Below are positions 26,801 to 39,802 of a stretch of 64,000 nucleotides of DNA, piece after piece. The DNA is taken from NCBI RefSeq assembly GCF_018977255.1, contig NW_024704743.1, forward strand, positions 102,550,001-102,614,000. Reading direction: 5' to 3'. Position 1 is the first letter of the stretch. Every line of letters begins with the position of its first letter. Below the pieces are notes generated by a model, which was not told where the DNA came from, did not search any database, and saw nothing but the letters and a program-made list of their open reading frames with translations. This DNA comes from Callorhinchus milii (Eukaryota). The translations under genes and the position numbers were made by a program.

Positions 26801-27327
26801 TTATCGATATTATTATTATTATCATCATCAGATAGCCTACCAGCACTCACCAGCCCAGGCTTACATTTGTAAAATGGCCAACCATTCATATAAAGTGTCC
26901 TGTATCACATGGCACTGGAGAGAAACCAGTGGCTATGGAACAGCACTTTGGTAACAATCAGTGCCTTCAAGAGAGGAGTAAAGGGGAGAAAGCAGACAGT
27001 AAAAGGAAGGCAAAAAGCTGGAAAAAAAGATTTTTGTCTTGTTTGACACATTTAATGAATAACACTTGCATTTCCCCTTGCAATCCTGGGTGCTTCCAGA
27101 TCATTAGGCACAATATGCTTGGTTATGTCTCAAATGCTTAAGATGGAAGAGAACAGCCCTGAATTATCTACAGCGTATTTCACATGACTCTTTATGCCCT
27201 TCATTGTTCTTAGAAATAATTCATGCATTAAAAATGTGGTATGAGTTGCATTATCAAAATCTGTCTTTTTTGAGTTAAACAAGGTAAATAAAATAATAAT
27301 CTTTGCTTTTGAGATATCACAATAACC

Positions 27328-27522
27328 AAATGCTCAGTCCTTGAACATATTCAAGACTGAGGGGTTGATAGATTTCTAAAGGATAGAGGGATTAAGGGAT
27401 ATGGGGATAGGGCGGGTAAATGGAATTAGGTTAGAAGACTGGCCATGATCTTATTAAATGGCAGGGCAGGCTTGAGGGGCCGAAAGGCTTACTTTTGCTC
27501 CTACATCTTATGGTCTTATGGT
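27328..27522 (+). mobile_element. CR1 LINE 3' end inserted in a DeuSINE tail
   Basis: ttcaagactgag...gatagattt...ggccatgatcttattaaatggc...ggggccgaaaggc...gctcctac followed by a (tcttatgg)n tail. Confidence 0.8.
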
Positions 27523-27643
27523 CTCGGAGAGCTTCTTAGGAATTTACAGTAAAGTGTAGTGACTGTGTATTTGTAGGTGAACGCAGCAGCTAAGCTGCAC
27601 ACAGCAATGTCCCACAAAAGTCATGAAGTAAAGGATCAATGTT

Positions 27644-27955
27644 ATAACAATATCCTTGCATTTGATATACCACTTTTCACGTCTTCTCGATGTCTCAAAG
27701 CGTCTTCACAGAATATACTGTAAAGTGAATTGACCATATATTTGTGGGCGAAACGCGACAGCCAATTGCACACAGCAGTGTCCCACAAACAGTCATGGAT
27801 TGAAAATGACTAATTTATTATTGATTTTTGTTTTGGAGGGATTATTATTAGGCGTGTGGAGTAAGGAAACTTGCCCAAGATTTAGCCCTGCCTGGAATTT
27901 AACCCAGGTGTCTCGCTTGCAAGGCGTGTGCTCTAACTACTGAGCTACAGGACTC
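27644..27955 (-). mobile_element. Young tRNA-Ala-headed SINE nested in an older DeuSINE
   Basis: Full SINE. DeuSINE sequence continues on both sides (27521-27643 and 27956-28005). Confidence 0.85.
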
Positions 27956-28047
27956 ATTTTATCTGGAGGATTGTTGGCCAGGACACTGGGAGAAATTCCC
28001 TTCTGGTTTTGTATATGCATAGACACTGAATTGAAAAGGAGTCCCAT

Positions 28048-28300
28048 ACAACAACAACAACTTGCACTTATATACCATGCAGGGTAGCATCTCAGTAGGC
28101 TTAACAGTGGCGGAGCTTGACTCTGAGCCGGGGTTGGTGGGTGTGGCCGTAAGCACGGTCGTAAAGGAAGGTTTTCAGGCGAGACTTGAAAAAGGGGAGA
28201 GAGGGTGCTAGTCAAGCAGAGGCAGAGGTGGTGGATTGGGGAGTGAGGAGGTCAGAGAGGTAGGGAGGTGCCAGGGAGTAAATGGATTTGAACACAAATG
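28048..28300 (-). mobile_element. L2 3' fragment
   Basis: (CAA)n tail and body similar to 15001-15420. Confidence 0.75.
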
Positions 28301-28869
28301 TGAGTGACCCATCAACCCACTCCTTCAATCAAAAAGGTTAACAATATTGAAATGGGAAGGAAATCATTGAAATAAATCTCTTATTTCTTGTTTACAGAAC
28401 TCCCTAAACTAAGGGAGAAAAATTTGCTAGGGTTGTGCACATGCCAAAGTAAGCCAGAAAGAGTTGTTTGCAAAAGTAAGGTGTACAATATTCAAAGAGA
28501 TTTGTTTACATTTAAACAGCTAAAACATCCACCTATATTATATAGGAAAATGTGTCATGGCACTTCACAAACATATGGTTGAACATATGGTTGAACAGCA
28601 AACAAGGGAGAAGGAAGAGGTGGCTAGGCGTACACAGAGGAAATATTTGTCAGGCAGTTGCCTATCCCTACCTCCAAAGACATAGGGATAGGCAACTGTC
28701 TAACAAACGTTTCCACTGCATTTCCAGCTAGGACCACCCTAAATGTTCAGGCAGTGGTGGTCAACTGTGGCCTGCGGGTTTTAAGTGGCCCCTGGGAATG
28801 TCCAGAAGGGAGCCCCCCAATCCCAACATTCGCACACGTCCAGATAAGTCCATGTTCGATCAGTACAGT

Positions 28870-29037
28870 ACACCTACTGATGAGTCAGGTGAGTTGGACT
28901 GTCATCAGCAGTGCTCTGGAGTACTGCAGACTTGCCTCACACTGGAACCGGACCACCGAGACCCACAACAGAGTTTATTCAAATCCGACATTGTGTTGCC
29001 AAGCACAATACCTTGGAGTCAGCTCAGCTCTAAGGAG
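28870..29037 (-). repeat. Family X repeat, distal portion only
   Basis: gtcatcagcagtgctctggagtactgcagacttgcct...ggaccaccgaga matches 49930-49995. Confidence 0.65.
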
Positions 29038-30611
29038 ATAGTCACTCTTCTAGGCAAGATGTAAAGGCAGACAGAGAGAGAGAGAGAAAGAGTACATGAT
29101 GGAAAAGTTGAGACATTTATTTGACTGGGGACACAGATTTCTCAAAAATGTATCTATATTGATTGACTCAGTGGACACAGCAAGATGATATACTAATCAC
29201 GAGAGAACCTTCTAATGCAAGGTTAGGATTGACCTGCCATAACAGTCAGACCAACTCAACACTTCCCTGAACAGATGCAGTGACAAATTAGTGGGTGTTG
29301 CAACCAATATTTTATTGTAGTCAATATTTTATTGACTGCTACTGGCATTGGCACGTTCCTAAAGGTTTGTCTTCCTGCAACTTTAAAATAATGACTCTAT
29401 GATTATCTTAGCTGCTCCATGAATTCCATGTTTTGTAGAGTTCACTCACAATAAGTCACATTTGGTTCATTCCTAACAGTTGCTGTGCAGCAATGTGCCT
29501 GTTGGTGACACTGCTGAGCTGGTAGATATTGAAACACATTTCTCAGTCAATGGCACTATGGCAACCTTTTCATTGGAATGTTAATTTTGCCCTTAACTTT
29601 TAAATATAAAGTTCTAATTTGTAGTATTTCTTAACAGTGTTCCTAAATAAGGAATCCAATTTGCGCAAAAGATCTTCTTTCTTGCAGCAAGAGATACACC
29701 AAATCTCCCATGGGAATTCTACTTCCTGTCTGGTGTCCAAAGGGAATTCTTACGGGATTCTTTATTAAGGAATCCCATTAAGAAATATTGCAAATTAGAT
29801 GCTAATATTATACATGGAAAAAAGCACAAGACACAATACGTGAAAGTTATGGTCTACAGTGAATATGAATTTGATTGCTGAATTTACATTTGATTAACAC
29901 AGTGTTCTCTTTATTGACTGCTGTAATGAAGAGGATTAAAAATACAATACAGCATGCAGAAGATTCTGATTCACAGGAAAGTGCTTTGTAGGTGTTCAAA
30001 TACTGATACCATTGGTATAGCAAAACTTCACCCTGTTGAAAAAACAACCGACCACAATCAACCACCCATCTCGATCAATTGCATAAACCCTCCTTCCTAT
30101 CACATACCCTGAAATGCACCACATTATTTATCTAATATAGGATCAAAGGCAGTTAAGAATTTACTTACAAGAGTGGCAGGCTATGTGCAGCCTCCTGCTC
30201 CACCCCATTAGTTATATTGCACCTGCTTCTATTCCTAATCTAAACCCATCACTAAATTGCTGCACTTCCTTCATTATATTCCAAGCAGGAGAAACCATCA
30301 CTTCCAATCAAAGTCCATTTACTAATTTGGTGGTTCACTTGCAGCAGTGACAAGACCCATAGTGGCGAGTTTAAATCCTCAATTGAAAAAACAATATTCT
30401 GTTAAAAATTGATAACACAATTAATAGGCAAATACTGTAATCTATGCCTAAGTAAAAGAACCTGAATAAAAGATAGTGAGACAACAGAGTATGATCTTAG
30501 TGTAAGGACATTTAAATTGTTTCTTTTTATCTCCTATAAGTTTGCTGGATTAGAAACTCAATATAAGACCAGGGCAACTGGGGGATCATTAACTCGTTAA
30601 AACCAACAGAA

Positions 30612-31363
30612 TTAAATTTATATAATGTCTTTCACGTCAGGAGTACGTCCCAAGGCGTTGGACAGACAGAGTTTCAGACCTGAGCTGGGGGTCGAGGTGG
30701 GGGAGTGTGGAGGGACTGCAGGATGAAATTCCAGAGGGTGGGGGCAGAGTGGCAGAAGGCCTGCCCAACAATAGTGCGGCAAGCGAGGCGGTGGAAGTGA
30801 AGCAGGCCGGAGCCTGCTGAATGGAGGGAGCGAACAGGATGGTAAGGGGTTAGGAGGTCGCAGAAGTAGGGTGGAGCAAGACATGGAGGGCTTTCAAGGT
30901 GAGGACCAGGATCTTGAACTGTATCCTCTATGTGATGGGAAGCCAGTGGACTTGGGCGAGGATGGGGTTCATAGGATCACGGAGCCTGGTGCGGGAGAGA
31001 GGATACGGGCTGCAGAGTTCTGGATGATCTGCATCCTGTGGAGGGAGGAATTGGGGAGGCCGACAAGCAATGAGTTTGCATAGTTGATCGTCGATGTAAT
31101 GAAAGCATATATGAGGGTTTCGATGGCCTGAGGTGTGAGACAGTGTTGGAGCCGGGCAATGTTGCGGAGGTGGGTGAAGGCAGAGCAGGTCATGGCGCAA
31201 ATGTGGGGTAGAAAGCATAGTTGAGGGTCAAACAAGACACCAAGGTTGCGGACTGGCTTACCAAGGTGGAGTGTGCAACCATGGATGGTGATGCTGTCAG
31301 GCCTGAGGTGAGGAGGCGCTGATGGGAACCAATCAGGAGAGCCTCCGTCTTGTTGACGTTAAC
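30612..31363 (-). mobile_element. 5'-truncated L2 LINE
   Basis: ORF 30969-31235 reads HLRNIARLQHCLTPQAIETLIYAFITS...ANSLLVGLP...IQNSAARIL; L2 3' stem-loop present. Confidence 0.9.
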
Positions 31364-32132
31364 TACTTACACAAGCTCCCCCAACCGCAACCTCCCTAAT
31401 CCCTTACCAGCTCCTCCAACTGTGATGCTTTGATGGTGGGGGGGGTGGCCAGTTGCAATTTTTGTTTCATCTCGGAGGTGGCAGCCGTTTTTTTGGCAAT
31501 CCTAAGCATACATGAGTGAGAATAGAATAGAGGGGATTTGAAGGGTGGACTATAAACACTGGCCGATTGGGCTGAATGGCCTGTTTCCATGAAATAATGT
31601 TCTATGCAATTATTTTTTCCACTCTCTCAGCACGCTATGAGTCACTTTCCCTCGTCCCACACACACTCATGCACAGGATTGTAAGATACGATGAGTATAA
31701 CCCCATGTTCTGCCAAAGCTAAAATTTTGATTTTATATGATTAAATAGTTTTGAAGGCTGAAACTAAGTGGAATTTCATTTAACTTCATTACTGATATGA
31801 AAGCCTAACTGCCTGACTCGGAGAATACAGTATGCTGCTGTATACTAGATCCTGGTTAGCACCAACAATCCATATCATATAGGTAGATCTTCCACCTTCA
31901 TGTGGCTGACACTTTATAATAATACTTGGTGTGAAATTCATATACGATACTCAAAAAGATTTGAGTTTGGCATAATGTAACATTATAAGGGATCCAGAGA
32001 AATTAAGGTTGGAGCAGTTTTCAAACTGGTAATACAGCATAGGCTTTTGCAAGAAGCAGTTCACAAGATAATAGAGTTTGTTACCACACTAATGAAATTG
32101 CAAAATAATGCAAAAAGAGGCACATCTGGTGT

Positions 32133-32555
32133 CAGCACTCTTGCCTCCGAGTCAGAAGGTTGTGTGCTCAAACCACATTTTGGGACTTGGAATGACATTG
32201 TCTAAGCTGACACTCCATTATAGTGCTGGGGGTCTGTGCTGCATTGTTGGAGCTGCTGTACTTTGGAAGAGATGTTAAACCAAGGTCTGATCTGCCTTTT
32301 CAGGTGGATGTAAAAGATCTCATGGCACTATTCGAAAAGAGAAGGGAGTTTCTCCCGATGTCCTGGTCAACTATCCCCTAAATACAATTTGTCATTCACT
32401 CCATGGCTATTTGTGAGACATGGCTGTAAGCAACTCATTGCTGTGTTTCGCCACAAAATACAATCAATCTATTTACAGTATATCCTGTGAACAGTTTTGA
32501 GATGTCTCAACTGTGTGAATGGGCGATATATCAAATGTAAGCATCATTATTATTG
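32133..32555 (+). mobile_element. DeuSINE, near full length
   Basis: agcactcttgcctccgagtcagaaggttgtg head, Deu core gagatgttaaaccaaggtc...caggtggatgtaaaagatctcatggcactattcgaaaa, and tail. Confidence 0.85.
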
Positions 32556-32944
32556 TAATAGTATTAACCAGATGTTGTCATTTCAAATACCGTCTGGAAA
32601 ATATATTGTTTGTTTTTACTCCATTGAATGAATAAGTCACAGAAAGATATCAATCCAGTTATATCTTACAAGGAAAGATTGATGATGTCTTGCGTCATGA
32701 GGAAAATCTTCTGCCTTGTATGGCCTCGTACTGGATGGTGATTTTATCCTCTTAGCCATTCAGAAACTCTATTAAACCATTTTTTTTAAAAATGAGAAAT
32801 GAGCAAAGAGCTTTTTGTGGCTGTGTGTACAAAAATTTGGAACAAAAAGAGTGACTTTTCGTTATGTGCGATGGATGATTTCATATTGGGAACATCTTTT
32901 TATTCTGTTTATATTGAACTCGAAAGCAAACTGCTTCTCTCCTT

Positions 32945-33260
32945 TTTGTTTTGTCAGCCAGGTGTCTGATACATGCGGAAACCCATCACCTTGCTTAAGA
33001 GGATCCAAATTAAATTGAGTTCCATGCATCCCGTTTATACATGGAAATTCCACAGATGTTTATTGGAATGCAATGTACACTGTCTCCCTGGAGGGATGCA
33101 TCCTGCTTACCTAATTCCTATAAGTATTTGGCACAGGTTGGCAAGACCCAAGGCTTGGCGACCCCAGAGTGTGCATTGTGGTACTGTTGGAGTCTAATCA
33201 GCTAAAACCGCATAGATTTCCACTGAGAGCACTGTCTGGCAAGCTTTCCTGTTTGCCTGT
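32945..33260 (-). repeat. Family X repeat, 3' two thirds with A-rich end
   Basis: Plus strand begins tttttgttttgtcagccaggtgtctgatacatgcggaaaccc. Confidence 0.85.
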
Positions 33261-33261
33261 C

Positions 33262-33470
33262 CCCAGGCGAGTCATTCAGAACCACGATATCATCCGCAAA
33301 CAGAGGTGCCACAATCCTGTCAGAAAGATCTGGAATAGATGTACCATGTCTGTCCCCCTCGATGCCATCCAACATGTTATTGCTGAATACGTCAAATAGG
33401 ATGGGTGACAATGGCCTTGCCTGACTCCCTTTCAAGAGGGTTAGGCTCAGTGAGTTCACTGACTTTTACA
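33262..33470 (-). pseudogene. Non-LTR retrotransposon reverse transcriptase fragment (not L2 or CR1)
   Basis: With frameshift repair it reads VKVSELTEPNPLE(R)GVRQG-PLSPILFDVFSNNMLDGIEGDRHGTSIPDLSDRIVAPLFADDIVVL, which contains the QG/SPxLF and FADD RT motifs. Confidence 0.85.
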
Positions 33471-36400
33471 TGAATCTTGGAGATGGAATACAAATTCCGA
33501 ATAAGATCCAAGATTTGGCCATGTGTTTCTATAGCTTCTCTCCTTTATTGGGTTTTACTGAGCTCAGAGATTCTTGACTTTTACTCATTCAGAGGAAAAA
33601 CCCTTCACCCCCCAAAAAATAAGTACAGAACAAATTACAATGACCACCGGTTCATTACTTCAAAACCTTGAATTCGTATTTCTCGTTTGGTCTGAGAACT
33701 ACATTATCCTACAATCACTTCTGTAGAATCTGGGACGTGCTACTATACAAGATCATTATTCATTCACACTGACACCCCATTGTAATGGATGTGTAATTAA
33801 TTATGCTGGTAATACTGTACATAATCTGTCATATTCCCAAATTTTCTGTGACTAGTGCATCATGCAGTTAATCAGATGTCATGGCAAAGAATCCCCCAAG
33901 TAAAGTCAGTCATTCACTTAATGGTTGTTTGTGGGACATTGATGTGTGTAAATTAGCTGCCATGTTCATCTACAGATACAGTCACTATATGCTACAGTAT
34001 ATTTTGTGAAGTGCTTTAAGACATCCTCCTGACATGAAAGGCCCTATACCAAAGATAAGAATTATCATTTTTTCATCAGCTTGGTATTGCTGGAGCTTAA
34101 CCAGCTAAAGCCACATAACTTGCTACTGAATCTGCCACTGCTTTCATCATTGTCATTTTTAAATTAAATTAAAATTTGATTTTAAATGGAATGTAAACCA
34201 TGGCTGTGATGCAACCTCGTCAAATGGTCTGCTAACACTCACAGTTCAGGCTCACATATCAATAAAAATAATCATTGCATTTAATATCATACTCATAATG
34301 TTGAAACATCTCAAAGCACTTCACAGGTAATTGCTATGAAATGCAGTGAATTTGCAACAGGGCAGCAAATTTGCACTAAGCCGGTCCCACAAACAAATGT
34401 GATGTGAATAATAATAATCCTTGAGTAACCAATTTATCTAGAGGACACATTTCTTCTTAAAGAACTGCAAAAAATTGGCTTTCAAATTCCGACTGAACTT
34501 AAGGTTTTGTTCCAGAAATTCTACACAATCTTATATTGAAAGACAATGATATTAATGCATCGACCAGATATTAATGCATCGAATGCAGGTTTCAGGTCTC
34601 AAATGTGGGAAATCTAGCTGAATTTCTCTTTTCGTAGATGTTAAGACTAAATATAATCCATCTTTTTTGAAGGATTAATATTGCTAATCTTCTAAATCAC
34701 ATAAATGGATTTGAGATGAAAGCAGAACATATAAATAGTACAGAACATGGATTATTTGTACTAGTGGGATCCTTTCTAAAGAGGAGTATGAAGAAATGGA
34801 CAAAGGCAGTGATTTAATCGATTTTTTTCTCTGGTTTTATGTTTGGGGAGCAGCTTCACCTCTGGTTAAGAGCAACACTTATAACTTCTGCCATTTTAGT
34901 GTTTTTTAAAATATTATCTGATTCTGTTGTCAAAATAGTAACTTACTTCCTGTCAGTGATATCTCAATATCCTCTCTTTACCTGACTACCCAGAATTTAA
35001 AGAGGAAACTTAAATGCTTTCATGGTGACAAAAGAAATAGAGAAGACATTAGGCGGGGAGGGGGTTATATGAATACCAGCACAGATTAGTTGGGCCGAAT
35101 GGTCCATTTCCATGCTGTAACATTTTATGTAAATGAGCATACAGCTGGGCAGGGGGAAAAAAATATGCTGTTTTTTCAAAGATGAAGACTATTATATCAA
35201 TGGATACTGATATTTCAGATATTCAGATATTATTATTATTATTATTCTGCCCCTGCTCTCTGGAACTCCATCCCAGAGATCCCCCCCGCCTTGTTTCATC
35301 CCTCACCTCATTCAAAGTCCATCTCAAACCATACCCCTCACCACCCAACTTGACTTCCACCCTTTGTTCACGTGGCCAGCCAGCAGTGTTAATCACTTTG
35401 AGATTTCCTCCCACTATTAAAGATGCTATATAAATGTAAACTGCATTATATCGTATATTAAGAATACTTCATACAAATGAATAATGAGCAGAAAACCCCA
35501 TGTAGGATTTTGTCAAGAAAACAAATGAAAGCAAACTTTTGTTGTTATTTGCAATTTGCACCTTTGCCTCTTGTAATGCATTACTGGATGTTACAACTGA
35601 AGCTCTGTGAATGTGACAGGGGTTTTATTAAAAGTGAGTGTGTGTGTAATGTATATACAAAATCTATTATTTATCCATTTTTTACACCTGTATACAATAT
35701 CTTCCAACTGTGATAAGGATTTTTTTTGAGTGATCCACCATGAATTTTTCCCTACTCTTGATATAAAGTGGTCATGTATAGAGGTTATTTTACAGCAGTT
35801 AACTGATCCCAACTCAATTTATTTGCTGAATCTTTACAGTACTGTGAAGTCTATCAATTTGGTGCAGTTTGCCATTAAATGTTCTGCAAATGTCTGAATT
35901 GACTGTCTTGAAGCATGAGTTGCCAATATAGCTTCACAATCAGATCTTGTAAATATTGGATGATGTCGGTGATATCATAATTATAAACTGGGCTATTTTT
36001 GATATGGAATGACACTGCAATTCAAACTCAATAAATGTTTGCTTTTACGCCAAAAGCCAAATTAGCTCAATTCAAATTGGACTTTTCATAGTTTATCCTC
36101 TATCCTTCAACGCAGCATAAATATATATTGGGCTGAAATGTTCATACAAATGTCAATATGATAGCTATCACATTCAATCTATTATGAAATATCACTTGTT
36201 CACCTCCATGACTCTGGCAAATACATGGAGATAAGAGGGGTTTATCTTGGTTAATATTATAAGACCATTATTTTCCAACAATGATCAGAATGTATTAAAT
36301 GAGATAATCAATATATATCTCATACCACCACCCCTTTTGGGAATCTAACACTTGTTATTAAATAACTTGATTAAAACGACCTGCCAGTTACTTCTGTTGT

Positions 36401-36709
36401 CAATTCCAGATCTCTGAGCTTTCAATAAACGTTGATTTGAAATGGAATGTTTTCTGTATCACCTTAACAAGGGAGCAGATGATATTATAAACAGTAGTTC
36501 ACACTGAAATTTTTATGTTACTGAATGGCCAGTTCGTGTTTGACCGTATGAGCAACTTAGAGACATATAGAGCTCACTGTTGCACACCAATATTGATTCT
36601 GAATATAGAAGTATGAGAGATACAGCCACCAATTTCATGAAAAATTATGTCAAGGGTAGACTTTGTTCCTGCATTACTGGGTAGTTTCTCTTTAACTCCT
36701 TTCTAATAA

Positions 36710-37180
36710 TAAAAACAATACTTGCATTTAATATAGCAACTTCCATGTGTGGGAGAAGACTTCAAAGCAATATAGTGATTGTGTATTTTGTTGGCAAACA
36801 TGGTAGCCCATTTACACACCACAGTGATGCACAGATAGCGATAGGAAAAAATAGCTATGAAGTGAATGATCAGTATTTATTTTGTGGGTTGATAGGCCAA
36901 GTCATTGGAAGAAGCTCTCTTCTATTTTTGAATAGTGCCATAGAATGTTCAACAGCCAGCTGAATATGCATATAGGTCCTGGGTTTACTCATGGAAGGAC
37001 AGCACTTCCAATAATGCAGCTCCCCCCTCTGCCCCCACCTACCCCGCCCCGACACCTCCACTCCCACCAGCACAACATTGCAGTATCTATGTAGACTATC
37101 AGAGTACTGAAGTGGGACTTGAACTAACAAACTTCTGGCTTAGAGGCAAGAGTGATACCACTTGAGTCAAGCTGGCACAC
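36710..37180 (-). mobile_element. Degraded DeuSINE
   Basis: Minus-strand head gtgtgccagcttgactcaagtggtatcactcttgcctctaagccagaag, with core and tail. Confidence 0.75.
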
Positions 37181-38770
37181 CAACATAAACTGAAGTCTAC
37201 AAGGCAATACATTTAAATATTTTGATCTAATGTAATGGTATTGCTATTTACAATTCAAAAAACTCTGGTAAATGTAAGAGCCGATTTGTTAAATATTTTC
37301 ATTGGAAAGAATGTCTAATGTGATTTCATATAATTTATGATAGTTATTTCTCCAAATGAATACAACAAATCGTAGCACAAAGTGTACACATGGCAAACCA
37401 AATGATTGCATAAATTGTTAGTAAAATATATATGTGATTAAATTTCCTGCTGAATAGCTTGACTTGAAAACACAAATCTCATTTTATAAGTGTGATTTCT
37501 CTAATTTAGTCAACTGCATGCTTTCAGAGCTCACTGGAGACATGCTCTTCTTGTTCAGGACAAGTGCACTATTCACAATGTACGATCAATATGGAAATAG
37601 AATACAGAGGAAAAATCTGATGAGAGAAAATTGTGATCTGAGTTATTACTGATGTATTTTCCAAATGTACCAAAATGAGTGAGGATAATATGAGACTTTT
37701 AAATGATTAATATAGAGAGAAACAGTTTGGAAAAGTGTGTATCTAAACAGACTTGGGTGAAAAAGTGCATGTTTCACTGCCATAATTATTGAGTCAATGA
37801 GAATTATGAGCCAGGCCTGTCCTTTCACATTGGTATTGAAAGTCAATCCCTTAAATAAAATTGGCCATTCATTGTTGTTTGTGGGACATTGCTTTGCACA
37901 AATTGGCCGCTGAGTTCGCCCACAAAACAGTCACAATATCCTGTGAAAAACTTTGAGATGTCCTACCGATTTGAAAGGATCTATATCAAATATAAGGATT
38001 ATTATTTAATTAACAAGCAATGAAAAGAATGGATAGTCCACAAGAATTCTCCTGCAGCTAATAACAAAAAGATCTCAGCTTGTGATCTTGACCTTCATGG
38101 TGGGGGTGGGGGAAGAAAGGGAGATAAAACAACAAACCAAAAAGAAAGGATAAACTCCTTTCCTTTCATCCCTGGCACTTGGGTTCAGATGAAATCCAGT
38201 CCAACGAGAGAGAGCAGGCATTTTTAGAGCATATCTCATCACACATAATTTAATAGAATATATTTAATAGAATAAAACAATCCTTCTTCTGCTGCCAATT
38301 GGGGTTTGATGTAAAATGAATGAGAGGGGGACTTTTAGCATGGGATTAAAGCATGTTTTTTTGGAACAGGTTATACAAAGTGTTGCATTGTATGTGTCTG
38401 GAATGTATTAGTTCTTGATAATAGTTTGAAGGCTGCAGCATAATCATTCAGGAATATCTTTGTCTTGCATTATCATTTGAAGGGCAGATGGTAGATGCAA
38501 TTACTTATAATACAGCTAACAGTCAACTGTTTATGCATTATCAGAATGATGAATCAAAGGTCAGAGAGAAGAATTGTTTATACTCTACTAATAGCTTTGC
38601 TACACTGAGTTGAAGCAAACTGAACTCTGATCACATATTTAACAAGATCAGTTTCCCAGTCACTTGAATTTACAACATCAGAACATTTGTTATTATGGCA
38701 ATCAAAATGTAGAAGCTTAATTGCAAAGTTGTAGTTGAACTCTTCAAAACACTTTTTGAAGAGTTCAACT

Positions 38771-39802
38771 TCCTCCTCTTCACTATCTATATGCTCCCTC
38801 TTGGTGACATCATCTGCAGACGTGGGGTCAACTTTCACATATATGCGGATGACACCTAGCTATATCTCTCTGCCTCTACCGTTGACTTAAGGACCACTGC
38901 TACCCTGACAGAATATATGTCAGACATCAAGTCCTGGATGAGAACTAATTTTCTTTTGTTGAATGTCAACAAGACAGAGGCTCTCCTAATTGGCTCCTGT
39001 CAGCGCCTCCTCACCTAAGGGCTGACAGCATCACCATCCACGGTTGCACACTCCACCTTGCTAAGCCAGTCCAGCATCTCGGTGTCTTGTTTGACCATTA
39101 ACTATCCTTTCTACCCCACATCTGCGCAATGACCCGCTCTGTTTTCCTCCACCGCCGCAACGTCGCCCGGGTTTTTCACTGTCTCACACCGCAGGCCTCC
39201 AAAACCCTCATAGACGCTTTCATTACATCGAAACTTGACTATGCAAACTCATTGGTTGTCGACCTCCGCAACTCCTCCCTCCATAGGCTGCAGGCCATCC
39301 AGAACTCTATAGCCCGCGTCCTCTCCCACACCAGGCTCCGGGACCCTATCAACCCCATCCTCGCCCGACTCCACTGGCTTCCCATCCCACAGAGGATACA
39401 GTTCAAGATCCTGGTCTCACCTTCAAAGCCCTCCACCTAACTCTGCGAACTCCTAACCCTCTATCATCCTGCTCGCTCCCTCTTCTCAGCGGTATCCAGC
39501 TGCTTCACATACCTCGCCTTGCTCGCCCTACTCTTCGCGAGCGGCTCTTCTGCCACTTTGCCCCCACCCTCTGGAACTCCATCCCGTAGTCTCTCCGCCT
39601 CGCCCCCTCCCTTGACTCCTTTAACATTCATTTCAAGATCCTCCTCTTCGACCATGCTTTCGATCTCCCTCCTTTCCCCCCTGCCCTCCCCTCTCCCCCA
39701 CCCCGAACCTCAGCTTGGGTCCGTAACGCTGCCTGTCCAGCGCCTTGGGACAGCCTCCTGACTTGAAAGCTGCTATACAAATGTAATTTCGCTGTTGTTG
39801 TT
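38771..39802 (+). mobile_element. 5'-truncated L2 LINE
   Basis: Encodes [31 protein letters not shown] and AFITSKLDYANSL...LHWLPIPQRIQFKIL; ends in a (TTG)n tail. Confidence 0.92.

Noticed and set aside
38155..38205. Short resemblance to an LF-SINE-type head (cctttcatccctggcacttgggttca)
   Set aside because: Too short and degenerate to support a call.
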